DNA of 64,000 nt from Azolla caroliniana (taxonomy: Eukaryota; Plantae; Polypodiophyta). The DNA lies in the NCBI GenBank assembly GCA_043228905.1, contig JBHGNT010000010.1, forward strand, positions 19,282,001 to 19,346,000. The letters run 5' to 3'. The notes below the pieces were generated by a model. That model was not told the origin of the DNA, ran no database searches, and saw nothing but the letters and a program-made list of their open reading frames with translations. Position 1 is the first letter of the stretch; each line of letters starts with the position of its first letter. This document shows, in pieces, positions 36,801 to 51,500 of this stretch. Both the position numbers and the translations under genes were made by a program.

Positions 36801-39669
36801 ATTATAGTTAAGGTGCCGATGTATCCTAGAAAATACATCATTCTTTATGTTTAAATCGCTGCTGTTATTGCCACTAATATTATTATTATTAGTCGTAGTA
36901 GTAGTAGTACATAGTACGCCCATTGATCCATTAAAACCTGCGAATCAGACGAACGAAAAGGGATTTAATTGACATAAGCTGAAGAGAAAAAGTCTTAAGA
37001 ATTTACTGGATAATTTATATACTGTTGCTTGATGTTCAAATAAATATATATGAGGGATCGAAAAGACCCGGGACAAATTATTCAATATGTTAAGTTTTTG
37101 GATTGTTTCATTCCAGCGTGGGTAATTAATTCATCATAAAAACCATCAGACAATCGAGCAAGGGAATGCGATTTTAAATAAAAGGAAATGAATAAAGATA
37201 GTAGTGTGAATTTAGATCTTGTTATAGTACTAATTATCGCAATAAATTCTGATGGGAGTAATAATATAATGAGTCAAAACATTTATGTGCGGAAAGAATT
37301 TGATGTTGATTCGATAAATTGGAAACATGAAGAGATGGTTTCATAATTTAATTCATTCAATTCAAATTCTGCAGGGACGAAACTCTTCTGATCATCAACA
37401 GTTTTTTTTGTTCTTTTGGCTCAGAGACAAAGATTTTGTGCTAGATTTGGTTATTCGTGTAGAAACAATTCTGTACCACACGATGATGATGACGATGATG
37501 ACAGCAAAAAATTGGGCTCGTCGTTCTTCATACTTCGATACATCTGATCCCAAACAAAACAAAAAACAGAACAGACGATTGTACCATACATTAGATTTCT
37601 TCGAGAGAGAAAACTTACGCACAAAACAAATGCGAAATCATAACGTATACCACGTGATTAATTACTTCGTTAGTTTTGTGACTGACTAATATAATAATCA
37701 TGATTATCAGCCACCGGATAGCTGGTTCAATTATTAGTACTGATGGAATATATAAAATGGTAGCTCAATTCCGCGTGAAGATTATGTATTAACTTTTTAA
37801 CGTGCTCAATAAGTATTGATTAGGCATGTAAGTGCTGTTTTATTCATTTAAATTGTGATGAAGAAGATCATCGTCAGTATGTATTTACAAGTGATGTATA
37901 ATATAAGAAGTAAATTGGTTATTCACTGTAGCCATTAATAGCAGACCATCATATATATGCTTTTGGTTGTAGCTAGTTGTAAACACGAGATTAGAGTCAG
38001 ATAAGTGCGTTTATTAGGGAAGATTAGAAGTTTAGTCTGCGTAAAAAAAGGGGATAATCATGGTGTGCGCCTAATGTAATGAAGAGAAAACCAATGTGAT
38101 GATTAGCGCTAATAATCATTGCTATAATATATATTAACCTGGAGGTGACTCTTGACATGGGCGATGGTGAGGCCCTTGACGTCCATGAGCTGCAGAACCA
38201 ACTTAGGGGTAGCTTCTGCAGCCAAAAGGATATGTAATTAACACTAATCGCAAGAAAGTAAGGCCGAACTAGGTAATCGCCAAGAGAACAACTGAAATCA
38301 AAGTAATTAACAATCTAAAGGATAACCCAACGAGGTGGTAATTACGGGATTAAGATATTACGACAATACACATATAGGAAGGGGGGGGAGCCTGGGAGTA
38401 ATGATTAGGGTTTTTTTCCCGTGGATAAGAGCGATGGATTAGGGTTTGGAATGGAAGGGAGGGAGGGATGGATGGATGAGAAGCATTACTTTCCTGGCCG
38501 CCCAGGCGTTCGATGGCGTGGATGAAACACTGGTGGAGGTCGGGCGTCCAGCGGAGGCGGGGCAGCTTCGAGCGGACATACTGACGGACGCTTCCGCCTG
38601 AACTTCCTCCGCCGCCGCTAGTACTGACGGCGTGATTATGAAGGAATCGGGAGGTGCTAGGGGCACCCGCGCAGCTGCTGGGCGGCGTGGATAGGCTGGA
38701 GTTGAGCTGAGCGGGGAGCACGCGGCCACACTGATCCCGGCCCAGAATTAGGTTATGCGGATGCTTCAGCACATTCATGCGATAGTCATCGTTCTCAACG
38801 CGATGGCTACTACTATTAGTGCTACCTGATCCCGCACCGCCGCCGGCGGCGGCGGCCACTGCGCTGGACAGGTAACTCAGGACCTCCCGGTGGCAGTACG
38901 GACGGTGATGATGAGGATGATGATGACGGTTATGCTGAGGAGCAGGATCGTCCGTACTTATTGTGCTGCTCTGCGCGGCGCCGTGGCGATAAGCCACGTC
39001 CGTTACGTTATGATTATACCCCGGAGCGTACGGAAAGATTGGCGCCATGGCCGTGGGTGGCTTAGGATCGCTGCAGCTGCTGCTTCTCAGAGAGCAGCTA
39101 ATTTGAGGAGGAGTGGAAGCAGCGCGCAGAAAGCATGGATCGAAGGCATGATGATGATGATGATGATGATGATTGTTACTATAATGGCGGCCGTCGCTGC
39201 TACTTCTAGCTGCCGCATTACTAATCTGGGGCATTGGGGCTGCTAATAATTTAGGGCTACTGTTGGGCTCCGCAGGCCCCGCGTGGACAACACTGTCCAC
39301 TAGATCGCTGCTCGTCGGAGAAGATCTCTCCTCCTGCTCCTCTTCCTCCTGTTCATCCTCGTCGCAGTCTTCGCTGGAATCGGTCTTGTGTGTGTCCCAG
39401 AAGGATTTGATTCCCGGTTTCTGCTGAATCTGTCGCCCCTCAGCAGGAGATGTTCCCATCGTCGCCATTTTCTTGCTCCCGCTAAACTTGCCCAACGATT
39501 CTTCCTCTGCGGGTGCCGTATTAGGGTTACAGCTACGATTCTCGCCGCTACCCGCTTCCTTCCTGTCCATAATGTTGCTATTCTTCGTAAATGCAGGCAT
39601 GGCCGCCGCCGCCGCCGCCATCACCGTTTCTGGTATCTCAGATCTGGCCCCTCTCTTATTATGCTTCAA
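33872..39669 (-). CDS. GARP/G2-like Myb-type transcription factor (SHLQMYR class) with C-terminal EAR motif, 6 exons, up to 956 aa
   Basis: Exons 39669-38490, 38215-38139, 37543-37477, 36937-36385, 35101-34600, 34363-33872 (2871 nt, all GT-AG, phase-consistent). DNA-binding domain [65 protein letters not shown], and the protein ends LDLKISL*. The start codon and middle exon boundaries are less certain. Confidence 0.9.
35838..36018. repeat. ~78-bp direct duplication inside GARP intron 4
   Basis: taggtaaa..gaggaaaatcagctaatctgcagacagaaacgaaa.caatttc...gtttctcacaatctgggc is present twice. Confidence 0.85.
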
Positions 39670-41549
39670 AATCAGGATTTATCCCCACTGATTTCCAATA
39701 TTAAGCAAACCAAATTCAGGGGCTAATCATAATGCTTCCTCAAATTCTGGATTTCTACTTACTGATCAGTCTCAGTAATACTAATTATCAGACTGGCCGG
39801 AAATTTGTTACAGAGCCTGATTTAATTAAGTCATCAGTGATTACTAACGATGAGATTATATGCAGGCGCTCACATTATATAGAAGCCGATTTTATATATG
39901 TAATTTAAGGAGGGCCAAACAAATTAGTGCACGAATCACAAATCAATTGGGGCTTCTCACATTTATTTATATTCATATGTTTATTATTTATGTATTTTGT
40001 CTGTCCAGAAAAGGCAAGCTGCAACAAACAAACAGCAAGGAAGAAAAATAAAGAAAAGAAAAGAAAAGGAAAGGAAAAACTCACAAGTATCTTGCAGCTG
40101 CAAGATCATTAAAAATACGGAAAATTACACAGAGAGAGAGAGACACACACACACACAGATGCAGAATGAATTAATTAAAAGTTGTCAATAATATTATTTG
40201 AGACTGAGTCACATGATGAACTTATAAGGTTGAGAATAACTTGAGATCAATTATAATTATTAACACCAAAAAAGTGAAAAGAGAAAAAAAAAAGAACAAA
40301 GAGCAATAAGAGAGATTGCGTGGGCTTCTGCGGCCTGCCTGTGTCTGTGAAGTTTTGTGAACGAGAAAGTGTACTTAGGTTTGATAATTTAAGTCTAGTA
40401 ATTAAGCTGAGTTATTATTACAACAAATCAGGTCGTGTATGTTTAAAGGTTTGGAATAGGCAGGATTGAGGGTAATTAGGTTGATGATTATGTCTTGTTA
40501 ACATAGCAGGCTTAAATTGGCTAATTAGCTAGTTACCGAGGATTTTAACTATGTTTAAAAATGACTCGAAACAATAATAATACGTATTATTATTATTATC
40601 AATATCCCAACCATTTGACTAAGGCTTTATATATTTTATTAACAATGTAGTAGACTTAATGAATAAAAAAAGAACACTAAAATGGGGCCCCTTCTTTTTA
40701 GTTGTTGTTTGGCTTGTCTAATATAAAAGGGAAATGAGGCCACACAATAGAGTCATTAGTTATTTATTGAGGTTTGGTTCTAGGGAAGAGTTTGTTCTAG
40801 TGGTGGTGGTGGACATATAAAGCCACTATCTTGGCTTACGGGACCATATTGTTGTATCGGGCCAAATATGGACGGCTTATCCTACACAACCAATATTGAC
40901 TCGTTAATTCGGTGATGATGAGAGAGTCCCTAGAGGATTAGATATTCTTGTAGGATTGTAGTCATATCACATTGATATCGTCAATTTTGTTTATCCGTAA
41001 AGACCCCGACGATATCCCTTTGTATTATTTATATCCAACACTAAAAGAGGCGGTCCATTGCATTGAGTCGAAGAAGCCTCATCGGTTTGAAAAAGTTGTT
41101 GTAAAAGCCTACATTTAAGAATGAAAAGAGTTGTAATTGTACTTATTTGTATAAATAGCTCAAATGTTATTATTCAAACCGATGTCGCGTTTTTATCCCA
41201 TGTTGATTATAATAATAATAAAAGTATGTCCACATACTTTGATCTATTCTGTGAGACGAAAATTCAAATTATGTTACTTACTACATTTGTCTATGTAGTG
41301 GGCTATAGTATTTGTTAATCATGGCTATGGCCATAATGTAGGGAATGAGTTTCTAGCTATGTCGTACCGAATTCTTAGGCCTCTCTTAAATTTGTGTTAT
41401 GCATGAATCTTTACAATATATTTTGATAGTGAATGTCTCTCCAATTATTTCTTCTTAAAAACAATCTTTGGTCTAATTGAAACATATCCCTTTAGGGCAA
41501 CCTAATACTTCATAGAGACATTGATTAAACAATTTAGTGGCAGTATGAC

Positions 41550-41750
41550 CCGATACAATAATAAGGCTTTTAACAATATTAGTGTTCAAGTTTAACCCAT
41601 GGACTAGCATGTTATGTTTTAACGACATAGCCACCCCCCATACTCCATAGATACATAGATTAAACTATTTATGGGCAATATGGCCCAATACAAATAATAA
41701 CGTTTTTAACAATATTAGAGTTTAAGTTTAATCTATGGACTAGCATGTTA
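41550..41750. repeat. ~65-bp direct duplication
   Basis: atacaa(a)taataa.g.ttttaacaatattag.gtt.aagtttaa.c.atggactagcatgtta occurs at about 41554 and 41688. Confidence 0.8.
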
Positions 41751-42829
41751 AGTCTATGGCCAAGTCATGATGGAAGTAAAGGAGTCCATGGACATCGAAA
41801 AAGCAAAAAGAACAAAGCATGAAGATTATATCATCTCCAAAGGGAAGAGATTGATGAGTTGGCAAGTCGAGGAAGTGATGTATCATATGGAACGAACTTG
41901 CAAATGGTGGTGCAGAACTAGCTAGAAATGTTATGGGGTTGTGACACAAGTCAACACCTTATTGGTTATATAGCTTTTGATGTAAACTACTTGTTTTCAT
42001 TGGATTTGAATCACATGTAGTCAGTAAGTCCTAGCCAATTGGGAGGGTATGCTTTGCTAGCCAGAAAAGTTGTATGCAATGCCCTACCTAGCAAAATATA
42101 GCTTCCATTTCATCATATAATTTTGTTGTTCATGATAACGACAAGAAAAACTCTTTTAAGGACTATTTGTCAAGGTACGCACGTCATCTTTTTCGATGGA
42201 TACAAGTTTTAATAATTTCTTTTGCCCTTTTGAAATTGAAGGGTTATTCATTACCCACAAGAGAAATAAACATTTTACCATAATCATGTTCACAAAAGGT
42301 TGCCAAGACTTAAAAGGTATTCTTGTTCCTAAACAGCTATAGCGTTCAATGCTCCTACATTTCTAGATCGGTTGTTTCAATGTTTTCTTGTTTACTATTG
42401 CTATGTATATGATGTGTTATTCATTTGTACAACTTATCATATGTGCCAAATTCTTCATTATTTTTTGTAGTTTCTTGTTTCCAACAGTCTACATACCATG
42501 TACACATGTTTGGCATATGTTGAATGTCACGTCAGTTTTTGCCTTTTTATAATCTATGCAAATTCATACTCATAAAATGTCTTAAATTGACCTTGCTTAC
42601 ATGAGATATAACATTAAGGTTGTTGGATTAAGGATTAGGGAGCTTGCAATGTGTGTATTCGACTTACAATTGGATTAAGGAGTTTGTCTCTACTTATAAG
42701 TCACAATGGTTCTACTTAGAATTGGATTAGAGTTTGTCCTAAATAAGTATTCGACATCTCATTGGATCAAGGGTTTTGTGAGAATGATTGTAATGATTTT
42801 GCAAGTTGTTATATAACTTCAAACTTGAA

Positions 42830-43200
42830 TTAACATACCCTAGATCTAACATCCCTAGATATGTATGTTCGGTCATTGGCCACAGACTATTCAAACTGTG
42901 GGAATGGAAATCTCCATATGCACATGAGGCCCTGATTGCATGTGAGGAAAAAATGAGAGGACAATGTTTTGTTGGTATACCCATAAGTTTAGACATGCCA
43001 TGTTGTAGATTAAACAAAATACGTAGGATTTGATCACATTTGCCTAAGGGGAACTACATTTCTATAATAACTAGGTGACCATATACTTACATGTGAACAT
43101 TAGAATAATTCTTACACATAAAGATGAGTGGCAACTTTATGGATCAATTGTAGCTAACTGGCTAGTTGATATTGATGATCTCATAAATGGGTCGTTAGAA
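42830..43200 (+). mobile_element. Very degenerate Copia RT/RNase H relic
   Basis: Faint LTxTRPDI-like and DADWAGDIDDR-like (gctaactggctagttgatattgatgat) signatures, with frameshifts. Confidence 0.3.
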
Positions 43201-43639
43201 AACAGACTTGGCTAGCTCCAAAGGAAACAAGAAATCCATACACTACCAGAGGGTAAATAAAAACATAAAGACTTAAAGAAAAGCAAGAAACATATACTGT
43301 GAGAGAAACATTCAAAAGATAATATATCTACTATAAATAGTTGTCTCCAAATTAAGAGAATAGCACATAAGAGAGATTTTTAGGCTCTTTCTAACCTTTT
43401 TTTTTCTCTTGGTTTCTTTTATCAAGCATTTATATGTTTTCTTTGGTTTGTTCATGTCTTTGTATGGAAACGTATCACCTCCCATCCCAACACAACACAA
43501 CTTCTATTTCTCCATTAATAAACTTTTTACTATATATTTCTATATAAACTTGTCCTTGTCCTTAGCCTTGTCACCATATTGTTTATTACTCAATCTCCTC
43601 TTGTGTCATATAATGGTTAAGGTGTTTGTCGTCTTTCTC

Positions 43640-44420
43640 GCAAATCTTTATGTATAGACTTTAGACAATATCTCCTTTCCTCTCATATGAAGAAAACATA
43701 AACATGAACGAATTAGCAACCTCCCTTACAAGGTCATCGCTTATGAAACATATTTAACCACTTACCAAATTCAATGGCTAACATGTTGTATAGGATTCAT
43801 AGTTAGTCTCACTTGGCTATAGTCATACGAACTTCCGATCCTAAATATCTATTATTCGATGTTGTCCGTGACTTAAGTCTCGTGCCAACATTACACACAC
43901 ACACACACCACACATTATTGGACATTGTTTTAACGTCAAAATCGAATAAATATTCAACCATGAGTGCAAAGGCATTATCATTCTTCGGAATTATCATTAC
44001 TCGGTACACATTACATCGTAAAATTGTTCCAATTCTTCATTTGACATCTATGTTTACATTGGCTGCATGATGCAATCCAAACATCATACATTTAAAATCT
44101 CCTATTGGTCAAACTGTTCTACATCTTGGAAGGCGTGCACTTATTGTTCCTCTTACTGTCTTCTAGAAGATTAAAGTAAATTAAGTTCTTGTTTTCCACT
44201 TAAACATCAAGACATGAACTAGTGTGATGACCTCATTTTATATGGATATTATGGTACACATCAATATATGATGTATCTCCCTATTCATTTAAGTAGTTCT
44301 ACATTATACTTTGACCAAAGACTAATACATCTTCACAATATTCTATTATAACTATCTAACAATGTACAATAGAATTTGGTCTTATCATTCAAACATTATA
44401 ATAATGTACAAGTGTGAATG
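43640..44420 (-). mobile_element. Very degenerate Copia gag/protease relic
   Basis: Faint resemblance on the minus strand to the zinc-knuckle/AFALM...W...PIxHVG..GK region of Copia gag-protease. No intact ORF. Confidence 0.3.
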
Positions 44421-47400
44421 TTTTTTCTTCTTCCTTTTTGAAAAGTATGTGGGATGACGTTGGCCAAACACTCTCACATGTGTTTCTCAACTCAAGACTC
44501 AAGACTCAAGAGGATCCACACCTTTTAAATCTCATGATAGAGGCTCAAGTTGACACACGACAATCCCATACTGGAAAACGTTGGGAAGAGGGTAAAACTT
44601 GTTGTCTAACTAATTAGCTAACATCGATTCTGATTTTCAGAATGAGTATTGATGATAATTCCAAGTATGGATATACATGGTATACAACCTTTCTCCTCCA
44701 CCAAATTCTTCGGTACAAGTTCACCATCCACCACATACCTTTGAGTGATTCAAGATCATCGATGCACACCATTGCTAGGTACTTGAGAATGAGGAATACC
44801 ATCTAACACATTATTCAAACCTAAAATTTATCATTTTGGCCGGCTATTTATCGAGGGTTTTTACATTAATATAAGTAAACCGACCATCACGGTATAATTA
44901 TATAAATGATGCAAATTATTTACCCCTATATTTGAATAATCAATGCTCTGTACACATGTCAAATTCTTAAAACCGTAAACCATATGGCTTTGGTAACTTC
45001 ATCTTTATATGTATGAATCAACTGCTACTCTCTATGTTCTAGTAGAGTCTTGTTCCATATCCTTATCATTGATATCAGTAATGCATTCCATTAATTATCC
45101 ATTTTCTCCGGAGTTTGTTTAATTACTTTGGGATGAGAAGATATTTGGAGTTCTTGAAATGTCCTGAATGTAGCACACTTGATAATTTGTACCTTCTGCA
45201 TACATCTCACATGAATTTCCTTTCATGTCTCCATGGAAAACTATGATGGGATCTAAGTCGAATTCACTGATGTTGAGACTTGCAATTGTCATTCTACTAG
45301 ACCATCGGGTGGGTGCATCATGATTTTCAAGGGTTACACATTCTTCAAGAATTCCTACATCATCTAAGAACGAAATGTAAAAGAAGCACATGAACTTTGT
45401 ATTAAGTTCTAACTAAGAGTTTCCAAAAACATTATTTTGTGTGTGTCGAACAAACTATAACATTTAGTTTAATCATCACTAACATTTTATCATTTCAATT
45501 CAATAAAATATAAACAACTCTATATTTTGATTGTCTTTATGTCATGTTAAATATGACCAGTGGCATTTTTGCCTTAGGTCAGGCTTATTATGAATATGAT
45601 TTCCCATCATGCATCAACACAAGGAAAATGTATCATAAAATTTGAAGTCAACTTATTGGTTTTATGTAATGTTGCAATAGTAATGAATAGCATCCCATGC
45701 TTTGGTGTTGTAAATTTCCCTACTTTATTAAGATGAATCTAGAATGAGCCCATATACAATGTAAAGGCTATATATATATATAATATAATTATTGCTAAGC
45801 ATTGTTATCACATGCAAATGAGTGTGAATATAGAGAATCAACATCTATATGTAGTGTAATATCTTCTTTTTTTTCCCAAAAAAAGTAATATCATTTTTGA
45901 TATCATCATTTACAATATTATGGAAATAAAAAATGTTGTATGGATAGCCCATGTTCAAAGAATTAATTTTAAGAAGCTTCCTTTATCATGTGTGAAGTCC
46001 AAAAATATCCTTTTCACTATAATAATGAAAAGGGCACCCACCAAGAGCACATATCACTTTAACTACCCTTGATTAATTTAGATGCTCGATATAATTTTGA
46101 GAGCTTGTGCTTTTCTAGAGATCGTAAGGGAAAAGTTGGAATCCACAAGCTTTCGAAAAGATTCTCACAATATAGAACATTGTATTCGTTCATAGAATAA
46201 AGAAATGTTTTGTGCTTGGGAATGTGGAACCAAGCTAATACGTTATGTTTAATGTGTTGAGTATTCCAAGGTTGCATCTAATTCATGTGGACGATCGTTT
46301 TATATCCATAGGAATGTGTAAACAACTAGATTATGAATGTGCACTTGCAGTTAAATAACATTTTCACATCTATGGCCCCATTCTTTTACAATGTTAATGA
46401 TGGGAACACTAGTTGTAATTATTTAATCACAAAGTAGGATGTTGTATGCCATCCCTTGGTTGAAGATTGGAAGTTGTACATACCCATTGCAATGGAATGG
46501 TCGCCTATGACAAAGGAATTGTCCCTTGGGTGGCAACTAATGGGACAAGTGACGTATGTATGCAAAGCATGACTTTAGAAACAAAAACTTGGTATCTACA
46601 TACACATAGAAATGTAGACTTTTAAAAACTATAACATTATGGCAATGCTAAATTTATAACACACAAATCATGTAGTCATTACCAAACATTCGGACTCAAA
46701 ATTAATCATCCTACAAAACACTTTGTTATCAATGTACTTATGCGGCTTTCATTTCTTTACATCTAGGGTATATTAGGATTATGTACTAAACGTTAATAAT
46801 AAAATTAAAGAAAATATGGAATTAAGGATGCTTAACCAAACCATTCAACCACCATTGTCACTCCATACCATTGAATATGGCCATGATTATAACTTGGAAA
46901 TTGAATTGATTACAAATTCGAAATATGAGATATTTGCCTCACAAACAAAGTCTACATTGTCTTTTACGTGCCCAACAGGGATTAGATAGTTCCCATTATA
47001 CATTGAACTCCTTGGGCTCCAAGATTCCCTTATGTACCCTTGAGACCTACATCCTTATGGGCTATCTTAAAGTCATAGGATAATCAACTTCCTAGAATTG
47101 CATGGGATGCAAGTCAAAAAGTTCAAATTTAGGCATGTAAAAGCAAAACACAGATACAAATGGGTGCACAATATCATGAACTACCACAATCCAAAACATC
47201 AACTCCATATATGGGTGTGAGATGTGAAGAGTTTACTCAAAACATGAGTTGAAATACACTTGCTTCATGGCACCCCCTTCCGAGTCAATAGATTTCTCTA
47301 TGATGATTTTGCAACCACTGAGTTGATTAAATCTAAGTGATGACCTCTTTTCCAACACCAATGTATCTTAGAATAGGAGAGATTTAGAATGTCATTTCAT

Positions 47401-48562
47401 GCAATATATCAAATATGTTGCTCCAAATCGTAGAATTGCAAAATTCAAACAACACTAGTCCATGCGTGGTAAAGTTAGAAAAAAAAATTTAAAAAATCCA
47501 TAGGGGCAAATTGGGTTATTTGGCTATAATTATCAATAAAATACATGATAAATACATTTTGAGAATAGATGGATAATAGTAGCTTTATCCTTTGGGAATA
47601 ACTCGGGAAACACCAAGCTTTAAAGGTTAATTGGTCTACCACTAATTAGTGCAATGCCAAATAGTTAGTTCAAAGTTTGGTAACACAAAATGAAAAAGCC
47701 CAACCACATAATTTCACGAAACGAACTAATTGCTTATTGGGTGTACACGTTCAACTAGCAAGAAGATGGTTGTGTCCCATATCATGCCCATAATCCTCAA
47801 GGTGATAAATGTGTATTTCATGCATTGATTTGTTTTTTTTAGGTCTTCACTCTCTTCCCCTCATGAATGGACGGCTTGGCACATGGGGTTATGAGTTATC
47901 GATGAAGCTAACTTCAATATTTGGACAACTATACCAATCTACCATAAATCATATCCAAGTCTAATGCCTTCTCCTTTATACTAAACTCGTGCTTATATCA
48001 CTAGTATGAGCACGATAGTAAGCTTAAATCTTGAGTCTTGATAAGCGAGGCACACTACAAAACAATATGGAAGTCTATAGGAGAGGAAAGAAACTTTAGT
48101 TAACTTCCTTTTGTATCAAAATAAAACACATATTAAACAAGATTATAACAAACATGCGAATAACACAACACATGTTATTAGGGTAATATTAGCAATACCT
48201 CTCAGAAAAATACCTCCTCTATTTAAATTTTACACCTTATAAATATAGTCAATAAAACGTTTTCTTAATGCAAACACAATCTCAAACCAAATTCGATCAA
48301 TGTTAATTTATCCATTCCAGGGTAATAAAGTACTACGGTTACAATAATCATCATTATTTACCACAATAATTTGAGATGAAATATTGTCATGATAATTACC
48401 AAAAAATCAACTTTATACTTGAATAGATCTCCAACTTCACTTGCAAAAAGGAACTCATGTAAGGATATTGAATATTACTACTTTTATTTGTTTCTCAAAT
48501 TAGTTGGGGTGCTTTTCATATTCACCTAAAAAAATTCGATGTATAAATCAATAGTATTGCAT

Positions 48563-51500
48563 GGTTCCCCGAACAACCTTCTTTGATAGAATATGTGCTA
48601 GAGGGAATGCAACATAGAATTTCAGATGCGGCATGAGCTAATCTTTCAAGGCCTCTCTTGGAAGAGGAGGTGGTTGATGCATTGGTAGGTACATCTTGTG
48701 TAGGCTCCAATGGACTATCAAGAGATTTTTTCGAAAAATTCTTAGACATGATCAAGGCTGATTTGGTTGATGGGCTAAAAGAGGCATGGGATGTTGGGTG
48801 CTTACCTGTGGAATTTTAAGAGGGGATGATATTTCTAATTCCTAAGGTACAAGGTGTAATAACTGATGCAAGGAAATGAAGACTGATCATGCTGCTCAAC
48901 ACAATATATAAGATATTTGCCAATATACTGGCCAAGAGGGTAAAATCCTACCTGCAGGAACTAATCCATGTTGGACAAACAAGGTTCATGGAAAACAGAT
49001 ACATAATTGATAATGTGTTGACATTTTGGGAGGCAATTACCTTGGCAAAGAAAACCAATCAACACATTGCATGTCTCATGCTAGACTTTGAGAAGGCATA
49101 TGACAGAGTTCAGTGGCCTTTTTTAGATAAAGTCATGGAAAGGTTGGGATTACCTTTAAAATGGAGATCGGTTGCGCTAGCCCTTTACAAAGGAAGTTTG
49201 AGTAGGGTGTTAGTGACAAGGCATCGTGGCCCATCGATTCCATTACGCAGGTCTGTTAGATAGGGGTGCCCGATGGCCCCCTACCTTTATTTATTTATTT
49301 ATTACAGAGGCATTCTCTTTCTTTTTGAACAGATCGGATACAAGAATAAGGGGTTTAGTTATTCCACATGCGAGCAAGGATTTGCTAGACTCTGAGTATG
49401 CAGATGACACCATGCTTTACTTGCAAGGCAATGATGCTAATTTATAGAAGGCTTAAGGACGGATTGAGTTGTTTTGCAAAGCGTTAGGGGGGGAAATTAA
49501 ATGGAACAAAAATAGAGGATTCTGGGTAAGTTCCAACCCACGACCGTTATTGTGTCCTAACGTTGATTTTCAATGGATCTCGAATGACGGGGCTGTTAAG
49601 TATTTGGGCTTTTTGGTGGGAGTTAAGACACCTAAAAATCAGCAACTTGAGCAGGTGAAAGACAAAATTAGAAAAAAGCTTTGGTTGTGGGCATCAATAC
49701 AGCTTTCCCTTGCTGGTAGGGTGGTTGTGGTGAACCATATTTTGCTGGCCACCATGTGGCATTCAGTGGCATGTTGGATGTTAGATAAAGCCTGCATAGA
49801 AAATATTAAGGCAATGGTGAGAGGGTTTCTGTGGTCGGGTAAAGACAATGAGATGGCATCAACTAAAGTGGCGTGGGGTTGTTTAATTAAGGCGAAGAAT
49901 TAGGGAGGACTTGGACTGGTGGATCCGGTTCACCAAAGTAAGGCTCTACTTGGTAAGCTTCTGGTGCAGGTCAACAACCAAGACCAGAATTGTGGAAGGT
50001 GCTCCTTAGGAACATAGCTGACCTTTGGTGTCACAGGAATGGTGGTCCTTGGCAGGAAAATACATGGTGGTTGTTTAGTCCAGCTCTAAAGTTGAAAGAA
50101 CAAGCGAGCACAGAGGATAGGGTATTCCGCGCCATAATGAAGGCATGGTCAAGTTTAAGAGAAGGGTTGGTCTTAATGCGATCGAAAACATTGGATGAAT
50201 AGCTACAACAACCACTGTTGTGGAACCCTAGGATTAGAAGGGAAGATGGTATGATGCTTGGACAACAAAAGTACTTGCCTTGAGGGAGGATGCTAGGGTA
50301 CAAGATTAGGTCGGTACACGATTGGGAGGTCTTTAGCATGAAGAGGTGGGAGGGTCAAGCTGTTAGTTGTAGGTTTATTGGAAGGCTCGACAAGGTGACC
50401 CAGTTGATAGATGAGGTTGTTGATGGATTAGGTAAGTTGAATGCGGATGAGGTAGTTTGGTCAGGCTGGTTTGTAGGTGAGGGTGATGCACAACTTATCG
50501 ATGGTAGGTGCTCAACTAACGATGATCGTTTGTGGGGTAACCTAAGTTCTTTAATAGATGATGGCAAGTGGTTGGCAATGTTAAAGGGTAGGAGGTGACA
50601 ATTGAACCCAGACCCTAAGACACTTGATCATGATTGTAAAATATGGCTTTTCGATAACAAGCCCTTATATGATTTGGAGTGGGATCCATTGGAGGTATGG
50701 TGGAAAACACCAAGAACACACAACTTGAAAACATTTTTTGAGTACAATACTAAGCTAGGAAGACGAATCATTGGCTCCAAAACAGTGGGTGTTGTAATGA
50801 TTCGCAATAGTTGGAAGGATAAAGGCATTTTAGACGAGGATCTGAAGTCATTTTGGAGGAGACTATGGGCATTGGATATGCCAGAAAAAATTAAGGCTTG
50901 GTTGTGGCTTATTGGCCACAAGGCGGTACCTGTAAGCAAGTGGTTGAGCTCCCATGGTGGTGAGGCTGGTTGTAAGTTACGTGGACATGCGTTGGAATCA
51001 ATCTCTCATTGTTTTTGGAATTGTACAGAGGCAATTAGCATTTGGGGTAGAAGCCTTCGAATCATGGCAGCCTGTGGTGTGAAAGAGAACGTTGTGTGGG
51101 GCTCCATACAAGGACTGTCTCTAAAAGGGGAAAGCTAGGGTGAACAGTTAAACCCACAAGGACATGGATTTATAGTGCAGGGTGGTAGCGTGTTCCAATG
51201 TGATGGGGTGAGACCGGGCACAAATTCTGAATTTTTTGAGGAGATTTGGCTTATGGTGGCATGTTTAACGGTCTGGCACATCTGGATCAGGCGATGTAAG
51301 TTTGTTTTTCAGCAGCAAAAGCTCTCATGCGGGGAGGTGATGTTAAATATCTGGTTTGAGCTTGTGGCTTGGTTGCGCGATTGCTATGATTCGATTCAGG
51401 GGGTATCGGAAGAAGTAGCAAGGGCAAGGTCAAAGTTCTTGCTGAAATGGAGTGGTTCTCCCATGATGGTCAAATCTTCGTCGAGGCCTAAGTGGAAATT

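Noticed and set aside
38890-39726. Plus-strand ORFs antisense to GARP exon 1 (also those opposite exons 4-6)
   Set aside because: They are expected shadows of GC-rich, trinucleotide-repeat coding sequence and have no domain signatures.
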